64,000 nucleotides of DNA from Mobula hypostoma (Eukaryota): positions 69,132,001-69,196,000 of the forward strand of contig NC_086108.1 in NCBI RefSeq assembly GCF_963921235.1, written 5' to 3'. The position numbers and the translations under genes were made by a program. The notes beneath the pieces are model-generated. The model did not search any database. It saw only the letters and a list, made by a program, of their open reading frames with translations, and had not been told where the DNA came from. Each line of letters begins with the position of its first letter. The stretch's first letter is position 1. Below are positions 38,951 through 52,356 of the stretch, piece by piece.

Positions 38951-39861
38951 TTTATTTTTTGGAAATGTTCAGCAGGTTAGGCAGAATCTGGGGAAGTAAA
39001 CAGGTAAATTGCTTTGTCTGCAGCAGAACAGGTGATTTCTGCTATCAGTCATCCTCCCATACTGTTGCCTCAGTTTTTATCTTTCCATTGGGACATCCTG
39101 ACCTGTTTGGCATACCCTACAACCCTACGGTTTGCAGCCTTTGCTTCTTGGTCTCGAGCTGCCCTCGGTTTCTAGCTGTGGTTCAGTTTTTCCCTTTATG
39201 TCACTATCAATTAGATTAGCACTATAATTTACCCCTATGGCAAACCTTACATTACTCTTTCAGAAGTATTCTGGATGCCCTTCCATCCTCCCCTGCCCCA
39301 CACACTCTCCAACTTAAAACTACTTACCTTCGAGTTCCAATGAAGAGTCTTTGACCTAAAACATTAGCTCCCATAGGTGCCTTTCACCCGCTATATATTA
39401 GAAAATTTAATGATTTCATTTAAGATTATCAGTATCAGCAGCTTTTCTTCTTGATTTGGGATGCCTGGTTGGCACAAATGGGTTCTAATCAATCAATCTG
39501 TTTATTGTTATGGCTTGTCACTGTTGTTCAAATACTAAAGGCAGAAACTCCACTATAAAATCCTCATCTTCTCTTATGAGCTTCTCTGATGTTGGTAATG
39601 CTGTTCCAGTGGGGAGAATTTAGACTTGTAAATAACTGAAATCATATCAGGAATAGACTGAAAAGTTTTGACATACTGTTTAGAAAATATTTTCATTCAT
39701 GAAAATCTGGCTTTACATTAATCTGCCTCAATATGTTAGGTTAGAACAAATGCAGTCTGCATCTGTATCAAACTGAAGTATAAAAAGACATCCTTTTTTT
39801 TTAAAGTTCTAGTTATGTTTCCAAATCTCATTCATTTAATTATGAAAAATATATTTTATAG

Positions 39862-39970
39862 GAAAGCTGTAAAAGAAGAGACAATACAAATCCATTTGAA
39901 CCTGAAAATGCTGACTTTCTTCGATGCGGCACAAGAAATGACCCACGTCAATACAATCCTGAATTGACTG
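39862..39970 (+). CDS. Cytoplasmic exon (ESCKRRDNTNPFEPENADFLRCGTRNDPRQYNPELT)
   Basis: ATTTTATAG acceptor and CTG|GTATGT donor. Only the phase 0-1 frame is open throughout. Confidence 0.7.
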
Positions 39971-40746
39971 GTATGTCACCAAATTACAAGTGCTTTTTGT
40001 TCTATTCATATTGTTTTACATTATAATTAGATTTATTCCTATTAGAGATATGTATTTTTTAACCATTGTAGTTTGTGCTTGCACTTGAATATCATTGCAA
40101 GGGTTTATATTGAATATTTTTTCTGTTCAGTGAAAAGTCATTCACATGGTGTGATTTTTAAATTGCAAGTTGGTTTGATATTTGCTGAACATGATAAATG
40201 TTCCATATACCAAAGCGATCAAGCACTTTACAAAACAAAATTATGTACTCACATGAAATGTGCATTTTCAGTACACAGATCACACATTGAATATATCAAT
40301 TTTCTAATACAAAAGAGCTGATTGTTGACTTCAGGAAGTGGGGTGGTGCATGTGCTCCTGCTTACATCAACTGTGCTGCGATTGAGAGCTACAAGTTCTG
40401 AAAAGTGAACATTACCAACAGTCTGTCCTGGTCCAATCATGTAGACACCATGGCCAGGAATGCCCGCCGGCATTCCTGCTACTTCACCATCCTGCTCCCA
40501 ATAAAAAAAAATTGGAAAATGCTGGAAAAACTCAGCATGTCGGCAGTGTCTGAGGGAATAGAAACAATCAACACTTTAGGTCTGTGACCCTTGCAGCCAC
40601 AGAAACAAGTTGAAAAAGAGAATGATGCAGATGACACAATTTTGTAATCAAAGAAATTGATTTGACTGTCTTCATCCATGTCATGTTTAATAAAATCTTT
40701 TCCATGTGAATACAATTGAAAGATGAAAAAATTGTGCTGTTGTCTT

Positions 40747-41125
40747 CTACTACTACGTCAACTACTACTACTACTACGTCAACTCAGGCCTAGGAGGCCA
40801 GCGTCGGGCATGATGGTGGACTCTCCACTTCTCCTTCTCCCTCATCAGTGTGTTCAGTTCATCTACATTAGCCGCGCCGCTGTCTTCTAGGAGCGTGTTG
40901 ACCATAGTCTTGGGAGGGTGCCAAGGGTTCATCCTCCCACGCTTGGGCTCCCATATGATGACTAGGCTGGCAGGTAGCTCGGGGTGGCGTAGACAGTGCC
41001 CCGCTAGTTGCAGTCTTCTCGCCTCGATTTCAGTGGTGAGCATCAGTATGTTGTTATAGAGCTCGACGTTCATCATGTGCTGTTGCCAACTCACGTCAAG
41101 AGCCATCCGGAGCATTCGTGTATAG
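40747..41125 (-). mobile_element. RTE-like LINE 3' end with (TAG)n tail, same family as 34767-35100
   Basis: ORF YTRMLRMALDVSWQQH..RRLQLAGHCLRHPELPAS. Confidence 0.78.
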
Positions 41126-42181
41126 ACAATGTTGTCTTCTCTATCAACATTTGCTGTATGATTACATTGTGCACCACCTAATTCTGTGCTGAAATACAAA
41201 TAAAGTGGAACAAGTTTAATGCAAACAACAGGAATTCTGCAGATGCTGGAAATTCAAGCAACACACATCAAAGTTGCTGGTGAACGCAGCAGGCCAAGCA
41301 GCATCTATAGGAAGAGGCGCAGTCGACGTTTCAGGCCGAGACGCTTTGTCAGGAACAAGTTTAATGTTTTGTTCTGTGGTATGTGATCTTACTGATAGAG
41401 TTTCCAGCATTAATATTGCATAGTGCTTAATTAGCAAGTGTGTGTGGACCTGCAAAAGGCTCAGAATGTTCCCTCTTCCTAACTTCTAGCTGACTCTTCC
41501 ACACCTTATTGCATCTGTAGTAAGAAAGTACAACATGAGCTGGATATTAGAAGGAAGTGTGGCTTACTTATTACTTTGCCCCACTACTAGACATCAAAAC
41601 CAGTGATAATCCCTAGCCTCGTGTCAAGGGTGCAGACACACTTCACACCTAACCTCCTTAAACCATTTCCAGCTGGCATATCTGCTACTATCATTCATTT
41701 ACTGGAGTGGCTGATTTCATATTCAAGAAGTTTTTTTTTGTTCAATCTTCTGTTTTGTAATGTACTCATTAGCTGAAGTTTGATGCATTTTAAATAAATT
41801 GTTTTGGTAGCCATCTTTTAAATTATTCAATTAAATTTCATTGTTTTATGTTGTCATTCATTATCAACCATTTAAACACAATGAAGTAGGCCTTTGACAA
41901 TAACAGCTGTGGAACGGAGACTGCAAAGTAATTGAGAGTCGCAAGTCTGCAAAAGGTTAATGTGGCTATGGATCTCATGTGGAGCTGAGCCTGCACAAGG
42001 GTTGGGGGTGTTTGGGGCTTCATTCAGACATAACTCAGCTCAGCACCACACTTAAACTCGTTGATTCAGGACGCAGAATTTGGAAAAGTTGGAAAGAACG
42101 TTGAAAGAAGTGTTCATCCTCTTTCTCACTTATTCCCTTTAACAACATTTGAGCTCGGGAAATCTAATTCATTGATTTCTA

Positions 42182-43071
42182 TCTCCCATTGGGCAAGCTC
42201 ACAACATAAAACATTGGCTTCCAATTTCCCCCTAGTAAAGGCAGCTACATTAGGCCATTATTTACTGACTACATCTCTACATTTAATGCTATAGTTCCAA
42301 GCAAATACTTCTCCAAACTCCTAGACCTGCGACTCAATACCCCGCCTTTCAAATGGACCTCGACTTCCTGACCAACGAGCCACAATCAATATGGATGGGC
42401 AGCCACACCTCCACCATGATTATTAATCCCACATGGCTATGTCCTTGGACTGCTTTTCTACCCCCAATACACTCACAACTGGTTAGCCAAATTCTGCTCT
42501 GAACATTTACAAAGTTTGCAGATGATACTACCGTAGTGGACACTGTACCTCAAATAATAATGAGTTGGAGTACAAGAAGGAGATGGAGAACAGAGTGATG
42601 TGGTGCCATGCCAACAACGTCAACGGCAGTAAAACTGAAAAGCTGCTCATGGACTTCAGGAAGATGTGGTTTCGACATACCTGCTCCTTACGTGAAAGGT
42701 GCTGAGATAGAGAGCTTCATGTTCCTAGGAGTGAAAATCACCAACAGCCTACCCTGGTCCAACCATATAGATGCAATCGAGTGTTTCGGGGGTAGAAAAG
42801 CGGTCCAAGGACATAGCCATGTGGGATTAATAATCATGGTGGAGGTGTGGCTGCCCATCCATATTGATTGTGGTCCGTTGGTCAGGAAGTCGAGGTCCAT
42901 TTGAAAAGGGGGGTACTGAGTCGCAGGTCTAGGAGTTTGGAGAAGAATTTGCTTGGAACTATAGCATTAAATGTAGAGATGTAGTCAGTAAATCATGGCC
43001 TAATGTAGCTGCCTTTACTATGGGGAAACCGGAAGCCAATGTTTTGTGTTGTGAGCTTGCCCAATGGGAGA
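42182..43071. repeat. Long inverted repeat with ~293 bp arms
   Basis: 42182-42474 is the reverse complement of 42779-43071, with few mismatches. Confidence 0.92.
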
Positions 43072-43946
43072 CAGGAAGCTCACCAGCACTTTTACTTCCT
43101 CCAGTAGGCTAAAGATATTTGGCATGTCCCCTTTGACCCCACCAAAGTTTGAACTGTAGAAAGTATTCTATTCAGATTCATCACAGATTGGCAAGGCAAC
43201 TGCTCTGTCAAAGGAAATGCATAAGTTATGGCCACAGCTCAGCACATTACAGAAACTAGCCTCCCTTCCTCTGTCTACACTCTTGTTTCCTCAGTAAAGG
43301 AGCCAGCATGATGAAAGACCCACCCAGCCTGGACAGTGTCTCATTTCCCTCTCCCATCAGCCAGAAGATACAAAAGCCTGAAAGCACGTTCCACCAGGAT
43401 CAAGGACAGCTTCTCTCCCGCTGTTATAAGACTATTGAACCATTCTCTTGTGAAGTGAAGAGTCCACTTCAGTGTACAATCTACCCTTCTATGCTTTTTC
43501 ACCTCACTGTCTACCCTGAACTTCCTCTGTAACCTTAACACACGATACTGCATTCTATTATTGTCTACCCTGAACTTCCTCTGCAACCTTAACACATGAC
43601 ATTGCACTCTATTATTGCCTTACCCTTTTCTCCCTCAGTGCACTGTTGCAATAAATTAATCTGTATGAATGGTCTGCAAGACAAGTTTTTCACTGTACCT
43701 CTGTGTATGTGACAATAATAAACCAATTTACCAATTGCATAAGCTATTCAACAATGCAGAAATGTGAATAAAAGACCCATAATTTGCACCTCATGCTCAA
43801 AGATCTGGATATTAAATCCAAGTTCTAAAATTGTGCATTTATTTAATGCAGAAAATTGTGACATAGATCTAAAGGGAAAATAAGTACCTGCTTAGAAAAT
43901 AGAGCATACTTATACTGGTGATGTATTCATTTCCTTTCTTCAACAG

Positions 43947-44024
43947 CCACACCAAGCTCTGTTGCAACTTTTCAACGGACTAATAAAGTAGAAAGAAGCG
44001 CTGGAAGCCATGGCCCATGCCCAG
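43947..44024 (+). CDS. Repeat exon 1 (ATPSSVATFQRTNKVERSAGSHGPCP)
   Basis: Pyrimidine-rich acceptor TTTCTTCAACAG and CCAG|GTACTC donor; 78 bp, phase 1-1, ends in PCP. Confidence 0.75.
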
Positions 44025-44835
44025 GTACTCGTCTATATGCTTTTTCATGAAGTACTTAGTAAAATTGTATCTTTTGCTAATTAGCAATGTGTGTCTGTCT
44101 AACATTTGTTGAATTATATTTAAAAAAAAGATTAAATGTGTACCAATATATGAAATACAACCACAGCCGTCTGTAATCTGTTTTTTTGCTGATTTGACCA
44201 TAATATCTTAGGGGTTTCATTTGCACCATTTTTTGTTATGCTATTTCTAATATAGTACCACTTGGCTCCTTGATGTAATATTACTCCATTTCATAAACAG
44301 TGGTTGAATTTTCCACATCAGCAGTACTTTTTCCTCATAATCAGACCCAAGGATATTGCCCTTGAATAGGTCACACTGCAGTACAGTCAACACTCAGCCA
44401 CCAGGGAGTGTTCACAAGGAATGTATGAAGAGTACAGTAATGGGAGCTGGTGATAGAATCCTCTGACGCTGATGTCAATACCCTATCGGAGAGGTAGCTG
44501 AATCCTCCTGGTAGGCAGAGGAACCTGCACAATTTCCTGAAGATCAGTGCTCAATTGAGGTAGCTTCCTTCTGTAAAGACCAGATGTGAAATCCTATCAA
44601 GCAACTATGAGTGCCTGCTCTCAAAGTTAGGGTCATCCTCATTTTTAGACACTGTGCCTCAAGATCTCTGTTGAAAAACACTAGGATACAAAACATAAGT
44701 CAATTCACACTTGAAGCTCCTACATGTCCAGGCATTACCTCTTGGACAGCTTCCTTTCATAAGTCAGATATCTTTCTTCAGTTGTTTTACTCATTTCTAA
44801 CCTAATACACACAGAAATGTTTCCCTCTGTTGCAA

Positions 44836-45446
44836 GATTTTGTATTGAGAGCATCCTGAGCAGCTGCATCACGGCCTGGTTCGGAAGTTGTACCATCTTG
44901 GATCGCAAGACCCTGCAGTGGATAGTGAGGTCAGCTGAGAAGATTATCGAGGTCTCTCTTCCTGTCATCACAGACATTCACACCACATGCTGCATTCGCA
45001 AAGCAAACAGCATTGTGAAGGACCCCACACACCCCTCATATAAACTCTTCTCCCTCCTGCCATCTGGAAAAAGGCACCGAAGCATTCGGGCTCTCACGAC
45101 CAGACTATGTAACAGTTTCTTCCCCCAAGCCTTCAGACTCCTCAATACCCAGAGCCTGGACTGACACCAATCTACTATACCCTCTACTGTGCCTACTGTC
45201 TTGTTTATTATTTATTATTATTTATTGTAGTGCCTGCACTGTTTTGTGCACTTTATGCAGTCCTGGATAGGTCTATAGTCTATTGTAGTTTTAGTGTTTT
45301 TTCTTTTGTAGTTCAGTGTAGTTTTTCTATTGTTTCATGTAGCACCGTGGTCCTGGAAAATGTTGTCTCATTTTTACTATGTTCTGTACCAGCAGTTATG
45401 GTTGAAATGACAATAAAAAGTGACTTGACTTGACTTGACTTGACTT
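44836..45446 (+). mobile_element. Rex1-like LINE 3' end with (GACTT)n tail
   Basis: ORF CIESILSSCITAWFG..LLPSGKR..NSFFPQA and a microsatellite tail. Confidence 0.82.
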
Positions 45447-45549
45447 ATTTTGGCATTTCTAGCAACTTAATTTTGAGGTGGAACCTCCTGAAAGCTCCTG
45501 AGGTTGTGGACACTGGGATCCCAGTTTGGGGCTGTCTACGTGTGCACAT

Positions 45550-46575
45550 AAACACAAGATATTCTTCAGATGCTGGAAATCTTGAGCAACACACATAAAA
45601 TACTGGAAGAACTCAACAGGTTAGGCAGCAGCTACGGAGGGGAATAAACGTGTTTCATGCCGAGACACTTCATCAGGATTGGAAAAGAAGGGGGCAGAAC
45701 CCAGAATAATAAAGTGGGGAAGGAGAAGGAATACAAGCTGGCAGGTGATAGGTGAGACCAGGTGAGGGGGAGGGGAACAAAGTAAGAAGCTGGGAGGTGA
45801 TTGGCTGAAGAAATTTGAAAGGAGAGGACAGTAGGCCATGGATGAAAAGGATGAAAGGGAAGGAGGGGAACCAGGGGGTGGTGATGGGCAGGTGAGGAGA
45901 AGACAAGGGGCAAGGGATTAACCAGAATGGGGAATGGAAAAAGAGAGAACATAGAACATAGAAAATCTATAACACATTACAGGACCTTCAGCCCACAATG
46001 ATGTGCTGACCATGTAACCTACTCCAGAAGCTGCCTAGAATTTCCCTACCACATAGCCCTCTATTTTTCAAAGCATTGTATAACTATCTAATAATCTCTT
46101 AAATGACCCTATTGTATGACTTCTACCATCCTCGCTGGCAGTGCATTCCACGCATGCACCCACCACTCTCTGTGTGGAAAAACTAACCTCTGACATCCTC
46201 TTTGTACCTACTTCCAAGCACCTTAACATTATGCCCCCTCGTGTTAGTCATTTAAACCCTGGGGAAAAATCCTCTGGCTACCCACACAATCAATGCCTCT
46301 CATCATCTTGTACACCTCTATCAGGTCACTTCTCTTCGTCCAAGGGGAAAAAGCCAATTTCACCCAACCAATTCTCATAAGGCATGCTCTCCAATTCAGT
46401 CAACATCCTTGTAAATCTCCTCTGCATTCTCTCTATAGTATCCACATCCTTCCTGAAACGAGGTGTCCAGAAATGAACACAGTACTCCAAGTGGGGTTTC
46501 ACTAAAGTCTTGTATAGCTGTAACATTACCTCGTGGCTCTTAAACTCAGTCCCATGGTTGATGAAGGCCAACACA
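45550..46575 (-). mobile_element. Penelope pLTR (45550-45948) next to a CR1 3' fragment (45948-46575)
   Basis: Minus-strand pyrimidine-rich pLTR with a CTGATGAAG..GAAAC core; CR1 ORF LYKTLVKPHLEYCVHFW. Confidence 0.75.
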
Positions 46576-48319
46576 CCAAAAGGTCAATAGGTACATTTAA
46601 TGTCAGAGAAATGTATACAATATGCATCCTGAAATTCTTTTTCTTCAGAAACATCCATGAAAATAGAGGAGTGCCCCAAAGAATGAATGACAGTTAAATG
46701 TTAGAACCCCAAAGCACAAGCAGCAGCTCCCCCTGCTATGCACAAACAGCAGCAAAGCAACAATCCCCCCTCCCCACCAGCAAAAAGCATCAGCGCCCCG
46801 CACTGAACACTCAAGCGTACAGCAAAGCATCAATAAAGACACAGACTTGCAGTACCCCAAAAACTACTCATTCACCCAGAAATTCAACATACCACAGGGT
46901 CTAATAGGGGAGAAAGAGGTTTCCCTGTTGCACAGTGAGAGAGGAGACATAACAAACAGCTTGCTGATTTACAATGTTAAAAGTCTTTTGTACTGCTTTT
47001 TCCAAGCTTTACGTCTAGAGAGTCGGCCCCAGAAAGGCTCAGCTCTTCAGATACACAACCCACAGCAGCTAACACGCTGCTCCTGACGTTCCGTGTTCTC
47101 CTGCAACGCTTCAGTCAGGGCCACCGGCCTAGAATCAGCACGTCTCTAGGACCACAAAAATCCAGCACCCTGAAGGCATGCTAGTCTTCCGGGCCACGTC
47201 CTTGGGATATCAAAAAGCGGCTGGTCATGAGGCCCTGAGAGTGGGTCCCATTACCGTAAAGAACCAAAGTCAGAGTGTAGCTCCATTTGTGCTTCCCCAT
47301 TCTAAAGAAAATGAATGCTTTTAAATGAAATGTCCATACTATATAAGCATTTAAATTTGATTGGCCTTAGGTTCTACATTGCCTTCATTTGAAAATATTT
47401 AACTGGCAGCTGCTGCAGGCTGTGATTTGATATTTTTGAACACAATTGAAGATGTATGTTACATCCATCTGTCATTACACTAATTTATATGCATATCTAT
47501 TTATTGTGCATCTAGATTTTTTTGTGTGGGAATGGAATAAACGAAGAGAAAAGCACTTTTATCAGAATAGGAGCTGTGTACAAAATTATCACTCAGGCCA
47601 CACTTGCAATCTAAATGTATATAAGCAGCATGCTGTTCATAATTCCATGTGGAAGTTACTAGACAAAGTTGAATACAAACAAAATATACAGTATATTTTT
47701 ATGAATTTTCTAAATTGTTGATGTAGTACTTTTCCTTAAAAAGAACAGGTATGGGAGAATTCTCATTGGGATTGTCATTGGATAATTCTTACAGCAACTG
47801 AGAAAAATAAGACGAAGTACCACAGTAGGCACAAAGCCAATAGAACACACAATTGAGAATAAAAGAAAGATATTAGAAACAGATGAAATGTGATGAAAAA
47901 TGAAAAGCCTTTCTTCTTAATATGCTTCTAAATAAAATTCAGTTCCTGGCACCAGAAAGTGTATTTGAATGAAGTGAATGTTAAGTGTCATGTATACATG
48001 AAGACAGGATCTTTTTCCACATCTAAATGTTGTTATTAGAACATTATTAAGTTAATCCAATTCAGTTCATGCCTATTTCAGATGGGACCCCTAAAATTCT
48101 CCACTATAAATGTAGGGAATAGATGATGTTTAATGCAAAAGACTATGATTCATTTGTCCTTCTGAAAGATCAACCAATAAACATTATATCCAAACTTACT
48201 TGTGCATTTACTTAGCATTAATAAGCAACAACACTTTTCATGTAAAATAGACATTTGATTAAAAGAAAATGTATACTATTCATCTTTTCTGGTATAAACT
48301 AACAATGCTTCTCTTTTAG

Positions 48320-48397
48320 AAATTCAACCAAGTATTGCTCCAGAGGAAAATCAAAGAAAATCTTCATCACACAGCATAAGCCAAAGTCCATGCCCAG
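48320..48397 (+). CDS. Repeat exon 2 (EIQPSIAPEENQRKSSSHSISQSPCP)
   Basis: CTCTTTTAG acceptor and CCAG|GTAATC donor; 78 bp, phase 1-1. Confidence 0.78.
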
Positions 48398-48800
48398 GTA
48401 ATCATTAATCTTGCAATGTACATACCATGAAATTTATAAAGTACATATATGCTTTAATCATTGACATATTAAATATTACTTCACCTAACATGTTAACAAA
48501 GAGAAAATATTTAAAAGTCAAAACATGGTTTATTGTCATGTGCCTGTATTAATCAACTTTACCTTCTGAAATGATAGGGAATTCAATATGTACATTAATC
48601 TGGTATAAATGTCCATAATTTACATTTTCTTCCCAGAGATATGGGCATAAACAATAAGGAAAATTTAAGCTCAATTACCATTCATCTATGCTAATTTTAA
48701 AACTGACAATGATTATCACAATTACTATAAATAAAATATATATTTATTTGATTTAAAGAAAACAGAATGCACATGTGATGTAATTATACTATTTATGCAG

Positions 48801-48887
48801 CAGTGAAGCAACACTCTGCTGCCTGTCAGACTGATCCAGAAGCCATAGATCAAAAATCACACATCGGAAGCAAAAGTCCATGTCCAG
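48801..48887 (+). CDS. Repeat exon 3 (AVKQHSAACQTDPEAIDQKSHIGSKSPCP)
   Basis: TTTATGCAG acceptor (NAGNAG) and CCAG|GTACTG donor; 87 bp, phase 1-1. Confidence 0.8.
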
Positions 48888-51800
48888 GTACTGATTCTAC
48901 CTAGTACATATTTAACATATCATGAAGTACAGAATGTCTTTGTATACTTTCCTAATTGGCACAAAACAGCAATTTATAAAATGGTATGGTTCTAATGTGT
49001 GCTAATTACAAAGCAGGCTACAAGTCATTTTGGTAAATTAGCCCACATCTGCATATTTCTGTTATTGTTTCACCAATATATTTATGCATATAGTTATATT
49101 TATTGAGTAACCTATTTGCAATAGAATAAAGCAATGCGAAGAGCTGATTATGGAGTATGTCGTCACAATGCCGAAAAATACTTTGAACTAGCCCATTGCA
49201 ATAATATAAGCTAGCAGCAAATCTGAGCTACACTTTGTATGTTTGTGCACAGGTGAGATTGTTTAATGTCACTGTTTAATGCAACAGTACATCCAGGAAT
49301 ATGCAAACATGTAGACCTACTTGACAAAAGATCTACGCACGTTCTAAGATGGTCCATTGTGTCAATGCAAATTTATACGGTTCAAATTGACTAAATCCAA
49401 CAACATGATGTTTGCATTTTCCTAAAGCTTAGGTTTTCTATTTAGAAGGTTATTTAGAGATTAATATATCTCCATAGATTTGAATACAAAGTCCTTATGA
49501 CTTCTATAAAATGGAATTCGGTAAGATGAACATATGAATCCAAATTTCAACCACAAGTACAAAATTAATAAACCTCTGGGTAAATTCAGTAATGAACTAA
49601 CTTTTAAAAATTAACTCTGGATCACCAGTTGAACTGCTTTCACCTTTTGATTTATTTTGTTACCTTTAGTGACACATTCCATTTACATATTAGGGTATAC
49701 CAAGAAGGGATGAAGGCTTTAATACAGATACCATCCTCTATTTATTAGTTTGCATTTATAACTGCAATAAAATAAGTGCAAAACACAGAGCACAAGCTAC
49801 ATCATCAAGCAAATGAGAGCCGCAGAAACAAAATTGTATTTAAAAAATTAAGGACAGTTAAAAATTGGAAAATATGCTCCTAAAAATGCATCCACATCAT
49901 TCCCAAGGTGCCCAACACCATGAAAATGCATTTCAATTTGATGAAAAGAATATTATGCACTTACAAGTGTATAAATATCTAAATGTTTCGCCAGGATATT
50001 GGTAAACAGTCCAGAAAATAATGCTTATATCAGGCAGAAAAATGTTAAATCCAGAAAGCTGAGTTTATTGTCATAGGCACAAGTACATGTCTGCACAGGA
50101 GCAGTGGGAAACTTCCTTGCAATAGCATTACAGGCACATATTACATAAGCAGCATTTACGATAAAAATTAACTAAATATTAATTAAACACAATTTTTACC
50201 AGAAATAACACACTTGGAACCAAAACAGTTTGTTCTAGTGCAAAGTGGTCAAAGTAGTCATAGTGTTGCTAAACCCTAGTGATTAGGGTTTTCTTCCTGG
50301 TTTAAAAACAGCTTTAAAAAGCTGTTCTTGAACCTGGTGGATTGGGACTTCAAGCTACTATATAGCTTGCCAAATGGTAGCTACAAGAAGATGTCATGGC
50401 CCAGATGCTAGGAATCTTTAGATATTTTCTCAAATGTACTGTTATATTAGTGAAAGCTATGGAGACATTATACTCGCAATTACCTTATGAGTCTATCAAT
50501 GGAACTCATTCGGATATCCGTTGTTCCCTAATTTAGCTGACAGGACATTCTGACATAACTTTTCCTAATGGATATTTCATTTTTGAAATTTCTCACAGAG
50601 GATGCCATTGGGTCACATTTACTACAGCTATTGAGAGAAATGAGGGCTGCAGCACAGCCTAGAGCTCTGATGTGACAACATGAAAATTTGATGAAGAAAA
50701 CTTTAAAAAAAAAAGAGGAAAATATTTTTCTAAAAAAAGCATTTCATTGAGCTTTCGGAAGCAAATTGACGCCTGAAAATGTGCTATTTGTTGAACTTAT
50801 TTGATGTTTTCAAGACCAAATTGGCCAGGAGAAAGTGGCGGTAGAAGGTTGTTTTTCAGGCTGGAGGCCTGTGACCAACAGTGTGCCGTAGGGATCTGTG
50901 TTGGGACCACACTTGTTCAACATTTGTATTAAGGATTTTGGATGAGAATGTTGGTGGGCTTAGTCAGTTTATGGATGAATCTAAAATCGGTGGTATAGTG
51001 TTCAGTGAAGATTATCTAAGATTCCGTGAAGTCTTGATCAATTGAACCAGCAGGCTGAGGAGTGTCTGATGGAGTTTATTTCAAATATATGCAGAGAGAG
51101 AGAGAGAGAGATTGACTGACTGACTGACTGACTGACTTTGGGTACAGGTACATAGTTCCTTTAAAGAGGTGACGCAGGATAGGGTGGTGAAGAAGGGTTC
51201 GAATCATAAGGAGTGGCTGAACTTTTTTTCCCTGCAGTGGAGGAGGATGAGAGGTGATCTTGTATATGTATATAAATCAAAAAGGATATTAATAAGGTGA
51301 ATAGCCACAGTCTTTTTCCAAGGGTAGGGGAGTCCAAAGCGAGAGGGCATAGGTTTACATTGAGTAGGACAAGATTTAAAATAGATCCAAGGTGCAAATT
51401 TATCACACAGAGGGTGGTGCTAATATGAAATGAGCTGCCAGATGAAGTGCTTGGGGCAGGTGCAGTTAATATATTTGGAAGACATTTGGACAGGTATACT
51501 GATTGGGAAGGTTTAGGGCTAAACACAGACAAATGGGACTAGCTTATGTAGACAAATTAAGCAGCGCTGACAAGTTGGGCCAAAGGACTTGTTTCTGAGC
51601 TCTATAGCTCTTTGATTCAAACGTGCGGTATAGCCATGGTAAGTTCAAATGCCTCTGTATGAATTGCCATCCAAAAACAATAAACTATTACAATAAAGTC
51701 CATGACGATAATATATAAGAACGTTCGAACACATCATTCTCCTCTGGTATGAACTCATCAAAATTGCTTTTAAAATGCATAGGATATTTAAAATGTACTT

Positions 51801-52000
51801 TAAAATGGTATAAATGTCCATAATTTGCATTTTCTTCTGGGGGGTCTTGGGGTAAACAATTGGAAAACCTAAGGCCAATCAGCATTCATCTGTGCTCATT
51901 TAAAACTGAAAATGATTGTCATAATTACTGGAAAATAAAATATATATTTGATTAAATGACAGCAGAATGCACGAATGATGTAGCTTTATTATTTATGCAG

Positions 52001-52096
52001 CTGTGGAACAAAGCTCCGTTCATTGTCAGACTGACTCTGAAGCTGTTGATCAAGAAATATCCACATCTCATATCAGAAGCAAAAGTCCATGTCCAG
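52001..52096 (+). CDS. Repeat exon 4 (AVEQSSVHCQTDSEAVDQEISTSHIRSKSPCP)
   Basis: TTTATGCAG acceptor and CCAG|GTATTG donor; 96 bp, phase 1-1. Paralogous to repeat exon 3. Confidence 0.8.
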
Positions 52097-52289
52097 GTAT
52101 TGATCCCACCTAGTACTGTACATATTTAATGCATTGTATATCATTAGGTACAGAAGTTTTTAAAGCTTTTCTAACTGGCAAAATAGCAGTATAAATTGAA
52201 TCAAAATCAGGTATATCATATATCACTGACATATGTCATGAAATGAGTTGTTTTGCAATACATCATAATAAAAACTAAATTACTGCAAG

Positions 52290-52302
52290 TGTGTGTGTAT
52301 AT

Positions 52303-52354
<52 letters not shown>
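52290..52354. repeat. (GT)/(CA)n microsatellite
   Basis: Directly visible. Confidence 0.9.

Positions 52355-52356
<2 letters not shown>

Noticed and set aside
43505..43625. 54-bp tandem duplication
   Set aside because: Simple local duplication within a LINE 3' UTR.
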